A stretch of DNA of 64,000 nucleotides from a virus (Duplodnaviria > Caudoviricetes): the IMG/VR virus record IMGVR_UViG_3300046171_000271. One strand, written 5' to 3'. Under the pieces are notes generated by a model. That model saw only the letters and a program-made list of their open reading frames with translations. It was not told where the DNA came from and made no database searches. How positions within the stretch are numbered: the stretch's first letter is position 1; each line of letters begins with the position of its first letter. The translations under genes and the position numbers were made by a program. Below are positions 1 through 12,474 of this stretch, one piece after another.

Positions 1-57
1 TCAGACATGTAGAATGACGAAGTACCCAAAAGCCAAATCTCACAAATACAAAAAACA

Positions 58-1001
58 ATGTCCTTTTCTGATCTCAAAAAGCAATCTTCTATTGGTTCTC
101 TGACTTCTAAACTTGTCAAAGAAGTAGAGAAGATGAACAACAGCGGTGGTGGAGGTGATGATCGCCTCTGGAAACCTGAAGTAGATAAAGTTGGTAACGG
201 GTTCGCTGTCCTCCGTTTCCTTCCTGCCCCAGAAGGAGAAGATCTTCCTTGGGCAAAGATGTACTCTCATGCCTTTCAAGGCCCTGGTGGTTGGTACATT
301 GAGAATTCTCTCACAACTCTGGGACAAAAGATCCCGTATCAGAGCACAATCGTGAACTGTGGAACAGTGGTATCGAATCTAATAAAGATACTGTTCGTAA
401 GCAGAAGCGCAAACTGTCTTACTATGCAAATGTTTATGTCGTGAAGGATCCCACTAATCCTCACAACGAAGGTAGTGTCTTCCTTTATAAGTTTGGTAAG
501 AAGATCTTTGACAAGATCATGGAAGCAATGCAACCTGAGTTTGAAGATGAAACTCCTATTAACCCTTTTGACTTCTGGCAGGGTGCAAACTTTAAACTGA
601 AAATCGTTAAGAAAGACGGTTATTGGAACTATGATAAGTCTGAGTTTGAAGCACCTTCTCCACTTCTTTCAGATGATGATGCTATGGAAGCAATTTGGAA
701 GAAGCAGTATTCTCTCGCAGGATTGACTGATGCAGATCAATTCAAGTCTTATGAGGATCTTGAGCGTCGTCTGAAGTATGTTTTGGGACAGAAGTCCCGT
801 ACTCCTTCCCCTGCAGATGAAGAGACTGAATATGATGATTATGCAGCAAAAGAGTCTGCAGAACGTCAGATTCAAGAGTCATTGACACGTTCTAAGCCTG
901 ACTTTAACTCTCCTGATATCACTGCACCTACACCAGTTGTATCTAAAGATGAAGATGAAGATGATGCACTCTCGTACTTCCAGAAACTGGCAGAGAGTTA
1001 A
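58..1001 (+). CDS. gp32: single-stranded DNA-binding protein (frameshift ~330)
   Basis: DDRLWKPEVDKVGNGFAVLRFLP..YSHAFQGPGGWYIENSLTTLG, LYKFGKKIFDKIM, acidic tail DDALSYFQKLAES; ORFs 58-444 and 441-1001 join on restoring one base. Confidence 0.95.
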
Positions 1002-1666
1002 TTAAACAATCTAATATCTTCTCCTCTCTTTAAGGTTCTACTCACATACTGAGTAGAACCTTTTCTATATTGCATCAATCTTTGAGTATCTTCAAGAATG
1101 ATTTCAATATATTCTGGTTTCAATAGATAGATATTTCTCTTTGCTTCTTCTTTACGAACTTCATAAACATAGTTTGTAACTGCATCTACTTCATTCGTTC
1201 TTATAACATATTGATTCCTCTGTCTATCAAAGTATTCAACTTTATAATTTTTAGGAACAGTCAAACCTTTAGGCGTTACAATCTCCCCAGAATCATTCTT
1301 CAGTTCTCTGGTTTCATAATGATGAATATTATTTGTTTTTTCAATACTTCCATATTTTTTTATTAAAAACTCATTGAATGCCGACTGGTTCATCGGCCAC
1401 TCATTTTGAATATTTACAATATTATTTGATAAAAGAACTAACCAATCAAATGTTTCATCACCATAAATTTTAAAAGCAATATTGTCAGGACGATCATCAC
1501 CAACAATTTGATATTTAGTAAAATATGCTAAGTTATCAAGAATATCTTGACGAAGTTTTACTCTTTTAAATAAGTTTTTTACAACTTGATAATCACCAAT
1601 GCTCTTGCCATCAGAGTCTCTGTTGACATAATCGAAATTTGGTACTTGTCTAAAATAACTTGCCAT
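998..1666 (-). CDS. gp53: baseplate wedge subunit
   Basis: YFRQVPNFDY..VKNLFKRVK..DDRPDNIAFKIYGDETFDWLVLLSNNI..EWPM..HHYET; T4-like synteny. Confidence 0.85.
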   Translation of the reverse strand: MASYFRQVPNFDYVNRDSDGKSIGDYQVVKNLFKRVKLRQDILDNLAYFTKYQIVGDDRPDNIAFKIYGDETFDWLVLLSNNIVNIQNEWPMNQSAFNEFLIKKYGSIEKTNNIHHYETRELKNDSGEIVTPKGLTVPKNYKVEYFDRQRNQYVIRTNEVDAVTNYVYEVRKEEAKRNIYLLKPEYIEIILEDTQRLMQYRKGSTQYVSRTLKRGEDIRLFN

Positions 1667-3060
1667 TAGTAACCTATATTTGTATCTTCATCATCATAAT
1701 TATCGCTAGTGATTGGATCAAGTTCATTGAATAACATATCAATTTTATAAGTCGTCATCGTTCTTGCCGGATCATCAAATGTCATATATGTCGATCCATC
1801 ACCATATGATGTATTTAGACTAACTAATGCACAATCAAGAATTTTTCCAATAGAAGGATGATCTTCGCCTTCACCTGTTTTATATTTTATTTCAAATAAA
1901 TTTGGAGTTACTAAAAACAATTTTTGACTGGATGTTTTAACGGACATTCCTTGTTTAAAAAATCGTATAATTTTTTTAATTTGAGTTGCCTCCCCTCTAC
2001 TTCTTGCAGACATTGTGAATGAAAACTTAAAAGTTCTCATTCCTGGTGCTTGGAAAAGCAATTCCATATTCGGGTTAAGAATACCGCCACCAAGCCTGGA
2101 AAGCATTCCTCTTTTTCCCATACCCGTTTCAGCAAGTTTTACTCTAAGTGCTGATATTATATTACCACCTTCGTTTGATCCAATAATGTCTCTCAATTGT
2201 TCGGGAGTCGCCTTCAATAAATCCGACATTGAATTTATTGCTCCTCCAATCACTTTTCCTGGATTTAATAAAAATCCAAAACCTGCTGCATCAATTGCAT
2301 TAAGTGAATCTGTATTAAAATCTACGTTATTGGTATCATATATTCCTCCGGGAATTGGAAGTGTTACTGATCCTTCAATTATACCTTTTTCTGTTTTTCT
2401 TTTTCCTACGACTAGAGGATCATTTTGTTCAAAATTAAACTCAAAATCTCTTGCCTCTGCAATATATTTCATTGTAAATATTATTCTATCTTGCTTTGAA
2501 GTAGCAATGGTTTCTGGATAATATAGATTATCATATTTTTGCCGTCGATTTTTTGCTTCTAACAATAATGGAACTCCTTCAGGAGATAAACTTTCTTCAT
2601 TAAAACCGATATTGGAGACTACATCCTTTAAATCCTCTACAAAACTAATATCTACATCCATTTCTTCTTGTCGCATCCAAAAAAAAGGATCGTGTGTTTG
2701 GGGATTTAATCCGAGTTCTTTAGATTTTTTTGCAATCGCATCACCACTGGCATCTGCTAGGTTTCTTTTTAATGATAATTTACCACTTTCTTGTAATTCT
2801 TTTTGTAACTCTTCATCTGCAAATTCTGTAAAATTATCTCCATCTTTGATTAATCTATAATACGTATTTCCATCTTTTAAATAATATTTATCCCCTTGAC
2901 TATCCACATCATCGTTGTCTGACTTTTTGTCTTCATATACGTCTTCATCAATTAACTCATATATTCTTACATTTCTTAGTTTTTCCCCTTCAATTAACGA
3001 GCGTGTCCTAAGATTCTTTTTCTTCTTTGTTGTTACAGTTATTGATTCTATATATGACAT
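1666..3060 (-). CDS. gp48: baseplate tail tube cap
   Basis: ILNPNMELLFQAPGMRTFKFSFTMSARSRGEATQIKKIIRFFK; adjacent to gp53. Confidence 0.8.
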   Translation of the reverse strand: MSYIESITVTTKKKKNLRTRSLIEGEKLRNVRIYELIDEDVYEDKKSDNDDVDSQGDKYYLKDGNTYYRLIKDGDNFTEFADEELQKELQESGKLSLKRNLADASGDAIAKKSKELGLNPQTHDPFFWMRQEEMDVDISFVEDLKDVVSNIGFNEESLSPEGVPLLLEAKNRRQKYDNLYYPETIATSKQDRIIFTMKYIAEARDFEFNFEQNDPLVVGKRKTEKGIIEGSVTLPIPGGIYDTNNVDFNTDSLNAIDAAGFGFLLNPGKVIGGAINSMSDLLKATPEQLRDIIGSNEGGNIISALRVKLAETGMGKRGMLSRLGGGILNPNMELLFQAPGMRTFKFSFTMSARSRGEATQIKKIIRFFKQGMSVKTSSQKLFLVTPNLFEIKYKTGEGEDHPSIGKILDCALVSLNTSYGDGSTYMTFDDPARTMTTYKIDMLFNELDPITSDNYDDEDTNIGY

Positions 3061-3079
3061 TAGTCAGACTTTTTTCTAT

Positions 3080-3574
3080 TTATGGGTTTGTGAGATAATA
3101 TGCATAGGGAATATCAAGCAATGATTGAAGTTCACTTGTTCTAACAAGATGCAAACTTCCTGGTATCTCATTCCAGGTATAGTTTCTTACTTTATTCCAG
3201 TGAAAGTTTAGTCCAGTGAATCCCCAACGATTTACGCTAGTCACAGCGACTAGCGGATGTTGATCATATTTAAGTTTGGGAGTTTTTGCATTGTAGATAT
3301 ACGTATATACTTCACCGAGATCTGGAATAACCACAGTTTCATTCAATATTGCCATTATCTCAAGCATCATTTCTTCAGGATCTCCTAAGTCTCTGATAGA
3401 GTCTTTTTCGGGTTCAATGCGATTATCACCAACTTGTTCTTCAAATTGATGTTCATCTGCGGTTTGTCCTTCTTCACGTTTTAGACGCTTTTCTTCTTCT
3501 CTTGCATCAATTTGTGCCTTCACTTCTTCATAGGAAGGCCCACCTGCTCTTCTTCGTTTAGCCCTTCTTGCCAT
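3080..3574 (-). CDS. gp2: DNA end protector-like protein
   Basis: GEVYTYIYNAKTPKLKYDQHPLV..GFTGLNFH resembles gp2; adjacent to gp4. Confidence 0.6.
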   Translation of the reverse strand: MARRAKRRRAGGPSYEEVKAQIDAREEEKRLKREEGQTADEHQFEEQVGDNRIEPEKDSIRDLGDPEEMMLEIMAILNETVVIPDLGEVYTYIYNAKTPKLKYDQHPLVAVTSVNRWGFTGLNFHWNKVRNYTWNEIPGSLHLVRTSELQSLLDIPYAYYLTNP

Positions 3575-4000
3575 AATTGATACCTAACTCGTCTTCTGTG
3601 ATGATTTTAAATTCGATCAATCTATCAGCACACCATTCACGAGCTGCATTCCACTTTGCTTGATTAATAGCATAGGTTTTGCATTCAAACAAAGAAGACT
3701 TACTGGTTGGTTTTTTAGTTTGCTTCTTTGGTTTAACTTCAATAACATATGTCTTCACTTGTCCTGTACTTTCCTTAACTTTTATGATAAAATCGGGGAA
3801 GTATCTGTGAACTCTTTTATCAACTGGTGACAAGTATGGGATAAGAATTCTTCACTACCCCACTCAAGGATATTTTCAGTTAAGTCGCACCACTTACAGA
3901 AACGTCTTTCCCAGTTGCTTCTGCATATAATATTATTCGCATTTCCTTTATATTTTTTAGGATTGGAAGGATTGTAGATACTTTTCTTACTAACTCCCAT
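3558..4000 (-). CDS. gp4: head completion nuclease (frameshift ~3840)
   Basis: YNPSNPKKYKGN..RSNWERRFCKWCD..EWGSEEF + SPVDKRVHRYFPDF..IEVKPKKQT. Confidence 0.9.
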
Positions 4001-4029
4001 ACATAATATATACGGTAACAACTATTTAG

Positions 4030-4884
4030 ATGGCAACGGCAAAACCGACTAAAAAAACAGTTGCTGATTTAAAAACAAATATATTAAATCCAGCACTTAC
4101 ATCTACTTATGAATGTTCCTTTGCTTTTCCTGGTGCAGTCACAAAGTGGGCTAATAATAAAACGACTGGAATCGGCAATGGTATAGATGTAATTAAATCA
4201 CAAAATTTAACGATAGCATGTAGAGAGGCATCACTTCCTGGAACCTTCTTTAGCAACTCATGAGATGTTAAATGACTTTCACTGGTATTAGAGAAAGACA
4301 CGTATATAGAAGACAATATGATGACACTGCATCATTTACATTTTATGTTGATGTAAATTATGACTTGATTTTTATTTTTGAAAACTGGTTAAATTTTATT
4401 GTCAATCAAGATTCATCTGATCCCACTGTAAATAATCCAAATTATTCTTATAGGGTAAATTTTCCTAATGAGTATAAATCTCAAATTTTTATAAGAAAAT
4501 TCGAGAGAGATTATGCTGGAAGAAATTTGGAATATACATTTTTTGATGCATATCCAAGTTCAATTAATTCGATGCCAGTCACTTATGATGAATCTCAGGT
4601 TCTTCAGATGTACGGTAAACTTTAATTTCTCTCGTTATGTAATCAATGCTCCTAGTGGATTCACTCCATATTCAGAATTACTTGCTCCAGAAACTACTAC
4701 TAACCTCCCTGAAGAACAACAAAAATCATCTGTAATCAATGATGCAACTCCTATAGGAACTTTGGGAGGCACAGAAAATAATCGCGGTGTGGAAAGAGAT
4801 ACCGGATCAGGGGCCCCCCTAGATGGATCAACCGATCCAGAACCCATTACCACAAGACAGGCGCTTGGATTAGATCCTCTTTAA
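4030..4884 (+). CDS. tail-tube-fold baseplate initiator, gp54/gp19-like (2 frameshifts)
   Basis: CREASLPG..RRQYDDTASFTFYVD..FENW..YTFFDAYPSSINSMPVTYD..CTVNFNFSRY; precedes gp26. Confidence 0.65.
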
Positions 4885-4888
4885 GGAT

Positions 4889-4896
4889 AATAAATA
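4889..4896 (+). promoter_or_regulatory. T4-type late promoter (AATAAATA)
   Basis: NATAAATA 20 nt upstream of gp26 ATG. Confidence 0.7.
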
Positions 4897-4916
4897 CACA
4901 TACTGAATAACATATC

Positions 4917-5636
4917 ATGCCTTTACCAAAAATTTCTACACCAACTTATGAGTTGGAATTGCCTTCAACTGGAAAAACAATCAAGTTTCGTCCCTTTCTT
5001 GTCAAAGAAGAAAAGTTATTAGTTCTTGCCTTAGAAAGTAACGATACGAAAGAAATCACCAACGCTATTAAGGCAGTATTAAAGGATTGTATTCAAACAA
5101 GAGGTATCAAAGTAGAGAGTCTTCCTACTTTTGACATTGAATATTTGTTCCTTAATATTCGTGGCAAATCTGTTGGTGAAGAAATTGAGGTAAGTATTCT
5201 CTGTCCTGATGATGGGGAAACTTATGCTGAAGTACAAATTAATATTGATGATATAAATGTTTTAAAAGATAGTAAACACTCTAACAAAATTAAAATTGAT
5301 GATGACGTTGATGATGGAAATGAGATATCCCTCATTAAATGAGTTCATTAAGAATAATTTTGATTTTGAAACCACTAATCAAGTAGATCAGTCATTTGAT
5401 CTTATTGCATCTTGTGTAGATAAAATTTATTCTGAAGATGAAGTATGGGCATCTGATGATTTCTCTAAAAAAGAAATCATGGAATTTTTGGAGCAAATGA
5501 ATTCTTCTCAATTTAAAGAAATTGAAAAGTTCTTTTCTACTATGCCCAAGTTAAGTCATGAGATTGAGGTTTTAAATCCAAAGACTAATAAAAAGGAACA
5601 GTAGTTCTAGAGGGACTTTCAAGTTTTTTCGCATAG
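4917..5636 (+). CDS. gp26: baseplate hub subunit (frameshifts ~5300, ~5600)
   Basis: MPLPKISTPTYELELPSTGKTIKFRPFLVKEEKLL..FDIEYLFLNIRGKSVGE..MPKLSHEIEV. Confidence 0.9.
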
Positions 5637-5647
5637 CACTCTCCCAT

Positions 5648-5818
5648 ATGAATTTGGAGAGTTTCTTTAAATTAAATTTTTCTTTGATTCAGTTTCATAA
5701 ATACTCATTAACAGAGATTGAAAATATGATACCTTGGGAGAGAGATGTGTATGTCGAACTTCTGAGATCCCATTTAGAGGAAGAGAAACTTAAGATGCAA
5801 CAGCAGCAAGGGAAATGA
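5648..5818 (+). CDS. gp51: baseplate hub assembly catalyst (not in ORF track)
   Basis: MNLESFFKLNFSLIQFHKYSLTEIENMIPWERDVYVELLRSHLEEE; follows gp26. Confidence 0.85.
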   Translation: MNLESFFKLNFSLIQFHKYSLTEIENMIPWERDVYVELLRSHLEEEKLKMQQQQGK

Positions 5819-8455
5819 TTATTGACATCCCATCAAATTTAAAACTTCCACCAAATTTCCTCTATAGTAAAGGAGTATCTGGAAGATTCAGTGTCGAATT
5901 TGATTCTGATTTTGATGCTGTAATATATTTCGCTGGCAAATCTCCTTCTCCTAAAGGTAAAACTCAAAAACCTTTGATGGATTGGTTGATGAGTCTTGGA
6001 ATTACTTTTGATGATATTAGGGATCATCGCAATAAAATACTTGATGTGATAAGGCAACTAACAGATGTTGCCATGGATTCAAATTATGTTACAGTACCTC
6101 CTATACCTCAAAGTTTTACTGTAGAAAATGAAGAAGAAAGTGAGTCTGAAAATAATGAAAATTTAGATGCTCTTCTTGCATCTATTAGATCAAAAAAGAT
6201 GAGTCTGCCAGTGAGAGAGATTTGGATGCACTTCTTGCATCTGTCAGATCTGAGGAGACATCTACTACAATTAATCCTGCTAAATTTTTCGATAATGATG
6301 AATATGACGATTACTACAAAGAATTAGTTGATGAAGGTTCTATTGACGATCAAAATCTTTCATCAAATGAAAGACAAAGAGGAATTGCTGCCTTTAGAAG
6401 TAATAAATTAGATTTCAAAAAATTTGTTACTGATATACAATCATTAAAACCTGAAGTTGAACAACTTAATCAAGAACCTCTAACAATTAAAGAGCAGTTT
6501 TTTACTGCACCAAAGATTGAACCAGATAAGTTAATACCTTCTAAAGATAAAGAAGCACTTAAAATTGAACCAGATAAGTTAATACCTTCTAAAAATTCAG
6601 AAATAAGTGAGGAATTTAACGAAAAACTTGATGAGCTCATTGCAGTTATCAAGGATGATAATAAGTTAGAAGAAGAAAGTCAAAAATTTGAAAATAGAGA
6701 AAAACAAAGAGAGAAAAGAAAAAATAGAGAAAATAGAATAGAAAATAAAAAACGAACGAAATTATTTTCAATAGATCTGAAAAAAGGCACTGGAAAAGTC
6801 AGTAACTTTTTTGACGATTTGATGAACTTTTTAACATTTGCTGTATTAGGTGGTTTAGTATCTGGGTTATATAATTTTATTATGGATCCCGAAAATAATG
6901 AAAAGATTGAAGCAACCCAGAAATTTTTAAAAAATAATTGGCCTTTACTTTTAGGCGCTGCGGCATATTTTTTAACACCTTTAGGCGGACTTGTTAATTT
7001 TTTAGTGAAAACTATTGGGAGTTTTGCTATAAGACTTGGTGCTTTGATTCTTAAACATCCTTTATTAGCAGCTGCATTGGTTGGTGCAAGTGCCCTTGTC
7101 TTGGCAACAGCCGATGAGGCTGCTGGTGGTATTGTAAAAGAGATGGATGCAGAAGGAAGACTTCCAGGTGATCCAGGGTATGATGAACGCACTAAAGGAA
7201 AGATAACACTAGACAAATTGAAAGAAGTAAGGCCAGATTTAGTACAAGAAGCAGAAAAAGAGGGTACTACTAGCGAAGAGGAGATAGAAGCAGAAAAAAC
7301 AATTATCGGAGATGGTTTAGCTGGATTTAGTCTTGGTGGTATGAATATGGGAACAGACACTGTTCCTGCTTTATTAACTCCAGGTGAAGTTGTTATGAAC
7401 AAACCTGCTGTTGATGCAATTGGTGCAGAATCTCTCTTAGCACTTAATAGACAATTTGGCGGGCCTAATGCTAATCGCCCAAAATTTGGAAAAGTGCCAG
7501 GTTATGCTCTTGGTGGATATATTGGTGACAACCCTCCTAAATCCAGAGATCAATCTCTTTTAGCTTCTAATGTTAGTTTTGGTGGAAATGTTAATGTAAG
7601 TTATGGTGCTAATCCTGCACAAGCAACATATCAATCATTAAGAGATGCTATTAATAATGCAATTAGTAATCCAGGACAAGCACAGTCAGCATCTTCAGAG
7701 ATGGGTGAAACGCGGACTACAATAAGTGGCAACTTAAATTTAAGTGGTACATTTGGTGGTGGAAATGATGTACAGAGAGAAAAGAAAAAGAAGAAGAAAA
7801 AAGAAGAAGAAAGTCAGTATGATCCCGATAATCCTAAGCATAGACTTAAATCAGAGGTATTAAAAATAAGAGAAGAAAGACAAGCAGAACTTCGCAAAGA
7901 GAACAAATTCGAGACAAAAACTATGTTTGCAGTTCCTACTGGAACTGGTGGAAGATTTAACACTAGTCAAGCATCAGGATCCAATAAAGTGTCTCCATTT
8001 AAACCAGTAGGAACAAATATAACTGGCGGCACAAATTTTAGTAGACTGAAAATTATTGGAGATCCTACTGGCCCTGGATCAACTGGACGTGTAATTAGTG
8101 AAAAAAGATATGATAGACTCTTTGGATCCGGAGGAGTATATGCACCTGATGCTACCGGAACTAGAAAAACAGTGCCAAGTACTATTGGAAAACCATATGC
8201 GGGCAGTAAAATGGAGATGACAATACAAAATTTCGGTTTTCAAAGTTCTAGTAAAAATGCTCGTCCTGTAAATACTCCTAATATACCCACAGAAACAAGA
8301 AACTTCATGTTACCTCCAGTCGAAGTTTCAAGCAGTAAACCGAACATGGGTAGTAATCAAATGTAGATGTTCCATCATTTAATATTTCATCATCAAACAC
8401 GATGAGAGATTTTGTTTCTCGTGGTATTGGTATTCATGATCTGGTAGGTGCATGA
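5815..8455 (+). CDS. large tail/baseplate-hub protein, tape-measure-like (frameshifts ~6200, ~8360)
   Basis: charged coiled-coil, hydrophobic helical region, GTDTVPALLTPGEVVM motif; position after gp51. Confidence 0.55.
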
Positions 8456-11177
8456 TGAAATTAACTAATTTTAGTTCAGTTGTCAGTACATATAAAGAAA
8501 ATTTTCTTTTAAGAAAGAAAAGGTTTTTTGATGAAAAAAAACAAATAGGGGATGAAAAGAGAAAAGAAAGAGAAGAAAATATAGAAACCGTTAAGGCAGT
8601 AGAACCTCTTATAAAAACCAGCACGGGTAAAAGAACTAAACCAAATAATTTTCTTGATGGCATATACAGGTTTTTGGGTTTGCTTTAGCTGGATTAGTAT
8701 TGAGTAATCTTGATAGTATAATTTCTATAGCATCTGAAATTTATAAAAAAATAAAAGAACTTAAAGAAGGAATTGAAAATTTTGTAACTAGTATTCAAGA
8801 TACAATTGATTCATTTTATAGTGGTTTTGAATCCTTCAAACAAGACTTAGACGACTTATTATCTCCTATTACAAATGCAGATTTGTCTGTAATTGAACCA
8901 TTTAAAGAGCAACTTGAAGCAGTTTTATTTGCTACATTAGGAGTTGTTGATAATCTTTTTAAAAAAATTCCGGATGGATCACCATCGCCCAAACCATCAC
9001 CTTCAACGCCACAGCCACCAACACCACGTCCTATCTCAAGATTTAGAGCTCCTGGACAATCTCTTGCTGGGGGTACATTTCAAGAAAATTTAAACAGACA
9101 ACAACTAACAAGACAAAGAATGCTGTCGCCAAGAGGCCAGACAGGCCCTCTTGGTAGACTTAACATGATGAGAAGAGGATTTGGAGCTCGTCTTGAAACT
9201 GGAACTGCATTTAGGGGGGTGGGAAGTGGTGCTCAAAGGGGTGCTGTAAGGACATTTAGACAAATAAAAAATCTTAAAAATATTGGTAGAATTGGTGGAC
9301 GTGGACTTGGAGGAAGAATTCCTATTATTGGCCCTCTTCTTTTAGGTTATGATGCTTATATGGAGGATTTAGATGGTGATGGAAATCCAGATAGAAATAT
9401 TGATAAGTCATTATTTGTTGCAGGTGGAGCTGCTATCGGAGGTTTTTTAGGAACATTCATTCCAATTCCAGTACTGGGTTCAATTTTAGGAACATCAATT
9501 GGTGGATACGTTGGAGATTTATTTTATACCTTACTTAAAGGTGGTGGAGCAAAAGAAGTAGGACGAAAACTAAAACAAGATGTTTTAAAAATTATTGATG
9601 CTGGAAATTTAGTTAAAGATTGGATATTAAGAGGTATTGGTAATATACAAAATCAAGACGGTGGAATACTTGGCAATATTCCAATTGGTATACCATTTAC
9701 TAATATGAAGTTTAAACTTGGTGGATGGGCAGAAATATTAAATCCACTTGGTGATCCTTTTAAAAAATTATCTATTCTTAAAAAATCATTCTTCTCAGGA
9801 CAGAATGTAGGAGATTCAACAGTCACAGCATTTATAGGAGATGATTCTTCCGATGATGATTCTCCTGATGATGATTTTCCTGATGGTGGAAGAAATATAG
9901 GATCTCAAAATATAATTCCAAACAGCGCCGAGGAGATAAGAATTGCTGCAGCTTTATATACTGAAGGAGGTAGGGGAAAATCAGCCACAGACGTTTTACA
10001 AGTAGTAGCAAATAGAAAAGCAAGTGGGTACAAGGGTTATAAAGGAGACAATTCTTTTACTGGTTTATTGGCAGCGGATAATCAGTTTCAAGGTGTATAT
10101 GACAGAGGACAAGATGCGTTTGTAAAAATACAAACCCTTGCTGATGCTGCAAGATGGGCTGGGACTACAGAGCAAGTAATTAAGGGTTATATTGCTGATA
10201 TGCGAGATCGAGGTTATAGATCAGATTCTGCAAGATTTGTTAAGGGAGCAGTCGAATTTAGAGGATCTCCCGCAACTGTTTTAAAAGTGAATAGTGACAA
10301 TAATCCAAATAATAATATACCTGCAGATGCAAAAGGAAGAATACGAAACAGTGCATGGCGTGGTGGATCTGGTGATAATCAATTCTTTACAACGCCTGAT
10401 GATCAGGGGGCTGGAACTAAGGCTTCTCCTATACTTTATAAGGGGGTTACTACTACTCTTAATAGGAAAAATGAAAATAATACAAAAACAACTTATGCTA
10501 TTCTTTGCTATGGAACAAATGATTTTAGCTTGAGTGAATCTGAGATTAAGAAGAGAGCCACTAGAATGATTAGGGACTTGAAGTCAAAGGGGTATAATGT
10601 TGTCGTTGTTCCACCAAGTCCTCAACTTTATATTAGCAGAACTAAACAATCATACAAAGCACCATATAGAGGTGTTCTTTCTGCAGCTGCTGAGACAGGA
10701 GTTGATATAGAATTTGGAGTATATGCACCAACAGATCAACTGGGAAAATATGTACACCTTACACAGCGTGAAGCCGATAGAATCCGTAAAGATTATCAAC
10801 CAGCAATTTATGTTGGTGATAGCAATGCGGTGAAAATTGCAGGTAAACTTAAAGAAGCAAAAGCGCAAATAAAGGGTAAATCCATCACCACATCTGTGGA
10901 TGGTTATGGCGGAGATAAAATCCAAGCATTGATTAATAACATAATTTCATCATCACCAACTATAACACCAACCAGACTAACAGTACCATTAGAAGAAATA
11001 TCAAGAAATTTAGACAGTCCTGAGGGAAGAGAATATTTTAGACGTTTAGATGCAGGAGAACTTACGGGCACTCTTGTTAGTAGTGCGGGATTAAATCAAC
11101 CTACTACATATTCTATGAACGGTATACAAACTAGAGAAATAATTAACAATATCATATTACCTATAAGCGTTGCCTAA
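8452..11177 (+). CDS. tail-associated protein with cell-wall-hydrolase-like and SGNH-like domains (frameshift ~8685)
   Basis: Gly-rich helices; AAALYTEGG..DVLQVVANR..NQFQGV; CYGTND and YVGDS motifs. Confidence 0.65.
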
Positions 11178-12474
11178 GATGAAAGGAAACAAACCTGTAA
11201 ATTATAGAAAATTAGAAGTATTTTCTAATGAAAATGATGACTCTGTAGATATCAGAGGTGGTGTTCCTGTGCTTGAATATCGTGAGAGTGTCCTCAGTCC
11301 TTATATTACAATTGATTTAAGTATCATTGATGCTGGAACAGCATCACCAGCAAAAGATGGTTCTAGAGGAACCATAGGAATCTTAGAATCAATCAAACTT
11401 CAAGGGACAGAAAAATTTAAATTAAAGTTAGAGGATCAGTTTGGTAATCAAATTGATCTCTCCGGAGAAGATGATCTACGACTCGCTAAGACAATGTTTG
11501 CCGGTAAGGGAGTTAATCAATCATCCTGCTCTGTAAGAATTGTGTCAAAAGAAGCTTATGACAACACTCTCTTAAAAAATAGAATGATAAATTCTTATCT
11601 CGGAAAAGGTGATGTTATCATAAGAGAAGCACTTAAGTCACTAAAGACTGAAAAAGATTTATTTGCAGATACAACACAGAATGACATACAATTTAATGGT
11701 GATGATAGATATCCTTTTGAGATGTGTTTGGATGTTCAAAAAGTATCAATTCCTGTAGGAATAAAGAGTGCTGGGTTTTTATTTTGGGAAACATCAAAGG
11801 GATATAACTTTAAATCTCTTGATAAGATGTTTGATACGACTGGAAAGACTATCAAAAAATTTGAAGAGACAGGATTTGCAGATAGTCGTGTTAGTCCTGG
11901 TTATGATGGAAAAATTCTTAAATCAAGTTTTCTTCTTATCACTGATATGCTCAAACAGTTTGAAGAAGGAGCACATAACACTGAATTAGATCTTTTCAAT
12001 CCTTTCAATAAAACGTTAGTATTTCAAACTCTTGAAACATCAGAAGATGATTATGAAAAAAATACCATACAAGCTGGGGTTGATACTCCAGTATTAAGTG
12101 ATGAATATAGAAATGAAGCAACTAATAGTTTACATAGAACAAAAGATGTTGGACAGAAGATTAATCCAGGAGGAGGATTAGCAGATATTGATGACACAAA
12201 ATTCGATATTGTCAAGACTTCCGCACAATCATTGCAGAATTATAGGCGAAAATTTGGTTTATCCCTTAATATAGTAATTGATGCAGATCTTTCATTGAGT
12301 GCTGGTGATCTTATCTTCTGCAAATTCCCTGAAACTTCTCAAAAGAAGAGTCAGTCTGGAAGTCCAAAAGATAGTGGCATATATATGATAGCGGATTTGT
12401 GTCATTATAGTACGCCAACACAGGCGTTTACTGGATTAAATTTAGTACGAGATTCTTACGGAGTTAAAAGTTAA
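11170..12474 (+). CDS. putative baseplate hub protein (gp27-like position); likely start ATG 11179
   Basis: 434 aa ORF with FLFWETSKGYNFKSLDKMF and SGIYMIADLCHY; lies before gp5-like gene. Confidence 0.5.
   Translation: MPKMKGNKPVNYRKLEVFSNENDDSVDIRGGVPVLEYRESVLSPYITIDLSIIDAGTASPAKDGSRGTIGILESIKLQGTEKFKLKLEDQFGNQIDLSGEDDLRLAKTMFAGKGVNQSSCSVRIVSKEAYDNTLLKNRMINSYLGKGDVIIREALKSLKTEKDLFADTTQNDIQFNGDDRYPFEMCLDVQKVSIPVGIKSAGFLFWETSKGYNFKSLDKMFDTTGKTIKKFEETGFADSRVSPGYDGKILKSSFLLITDMLKQFEEGAHNTELDLFNPFNKTLVFQTLETSEDDYEKNTIQAGVDTPVLSDEYRNEATNSLHRTKDVGQKINPGGGLADIDDTKFDIVKTSAQSLQNYRRKFGLSLNIVIDADLSLSAGDLIFCKFPETSQKKSQSGSPKDSGIYMIADLCHYSTPTQAFTGLNLVRDSYGVKS

Noticed and set aside
58-5636. Programmed frameshifting or pseudogenisation of gp32, gp4, gp54-like and gp26
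   Set aside because: These are essential genes, the breaks are at short homopolymers, and one-base fixes restore conserved motifs. No slippery heptamer or pseudoknot was seen, so sequencing error is far likelier.
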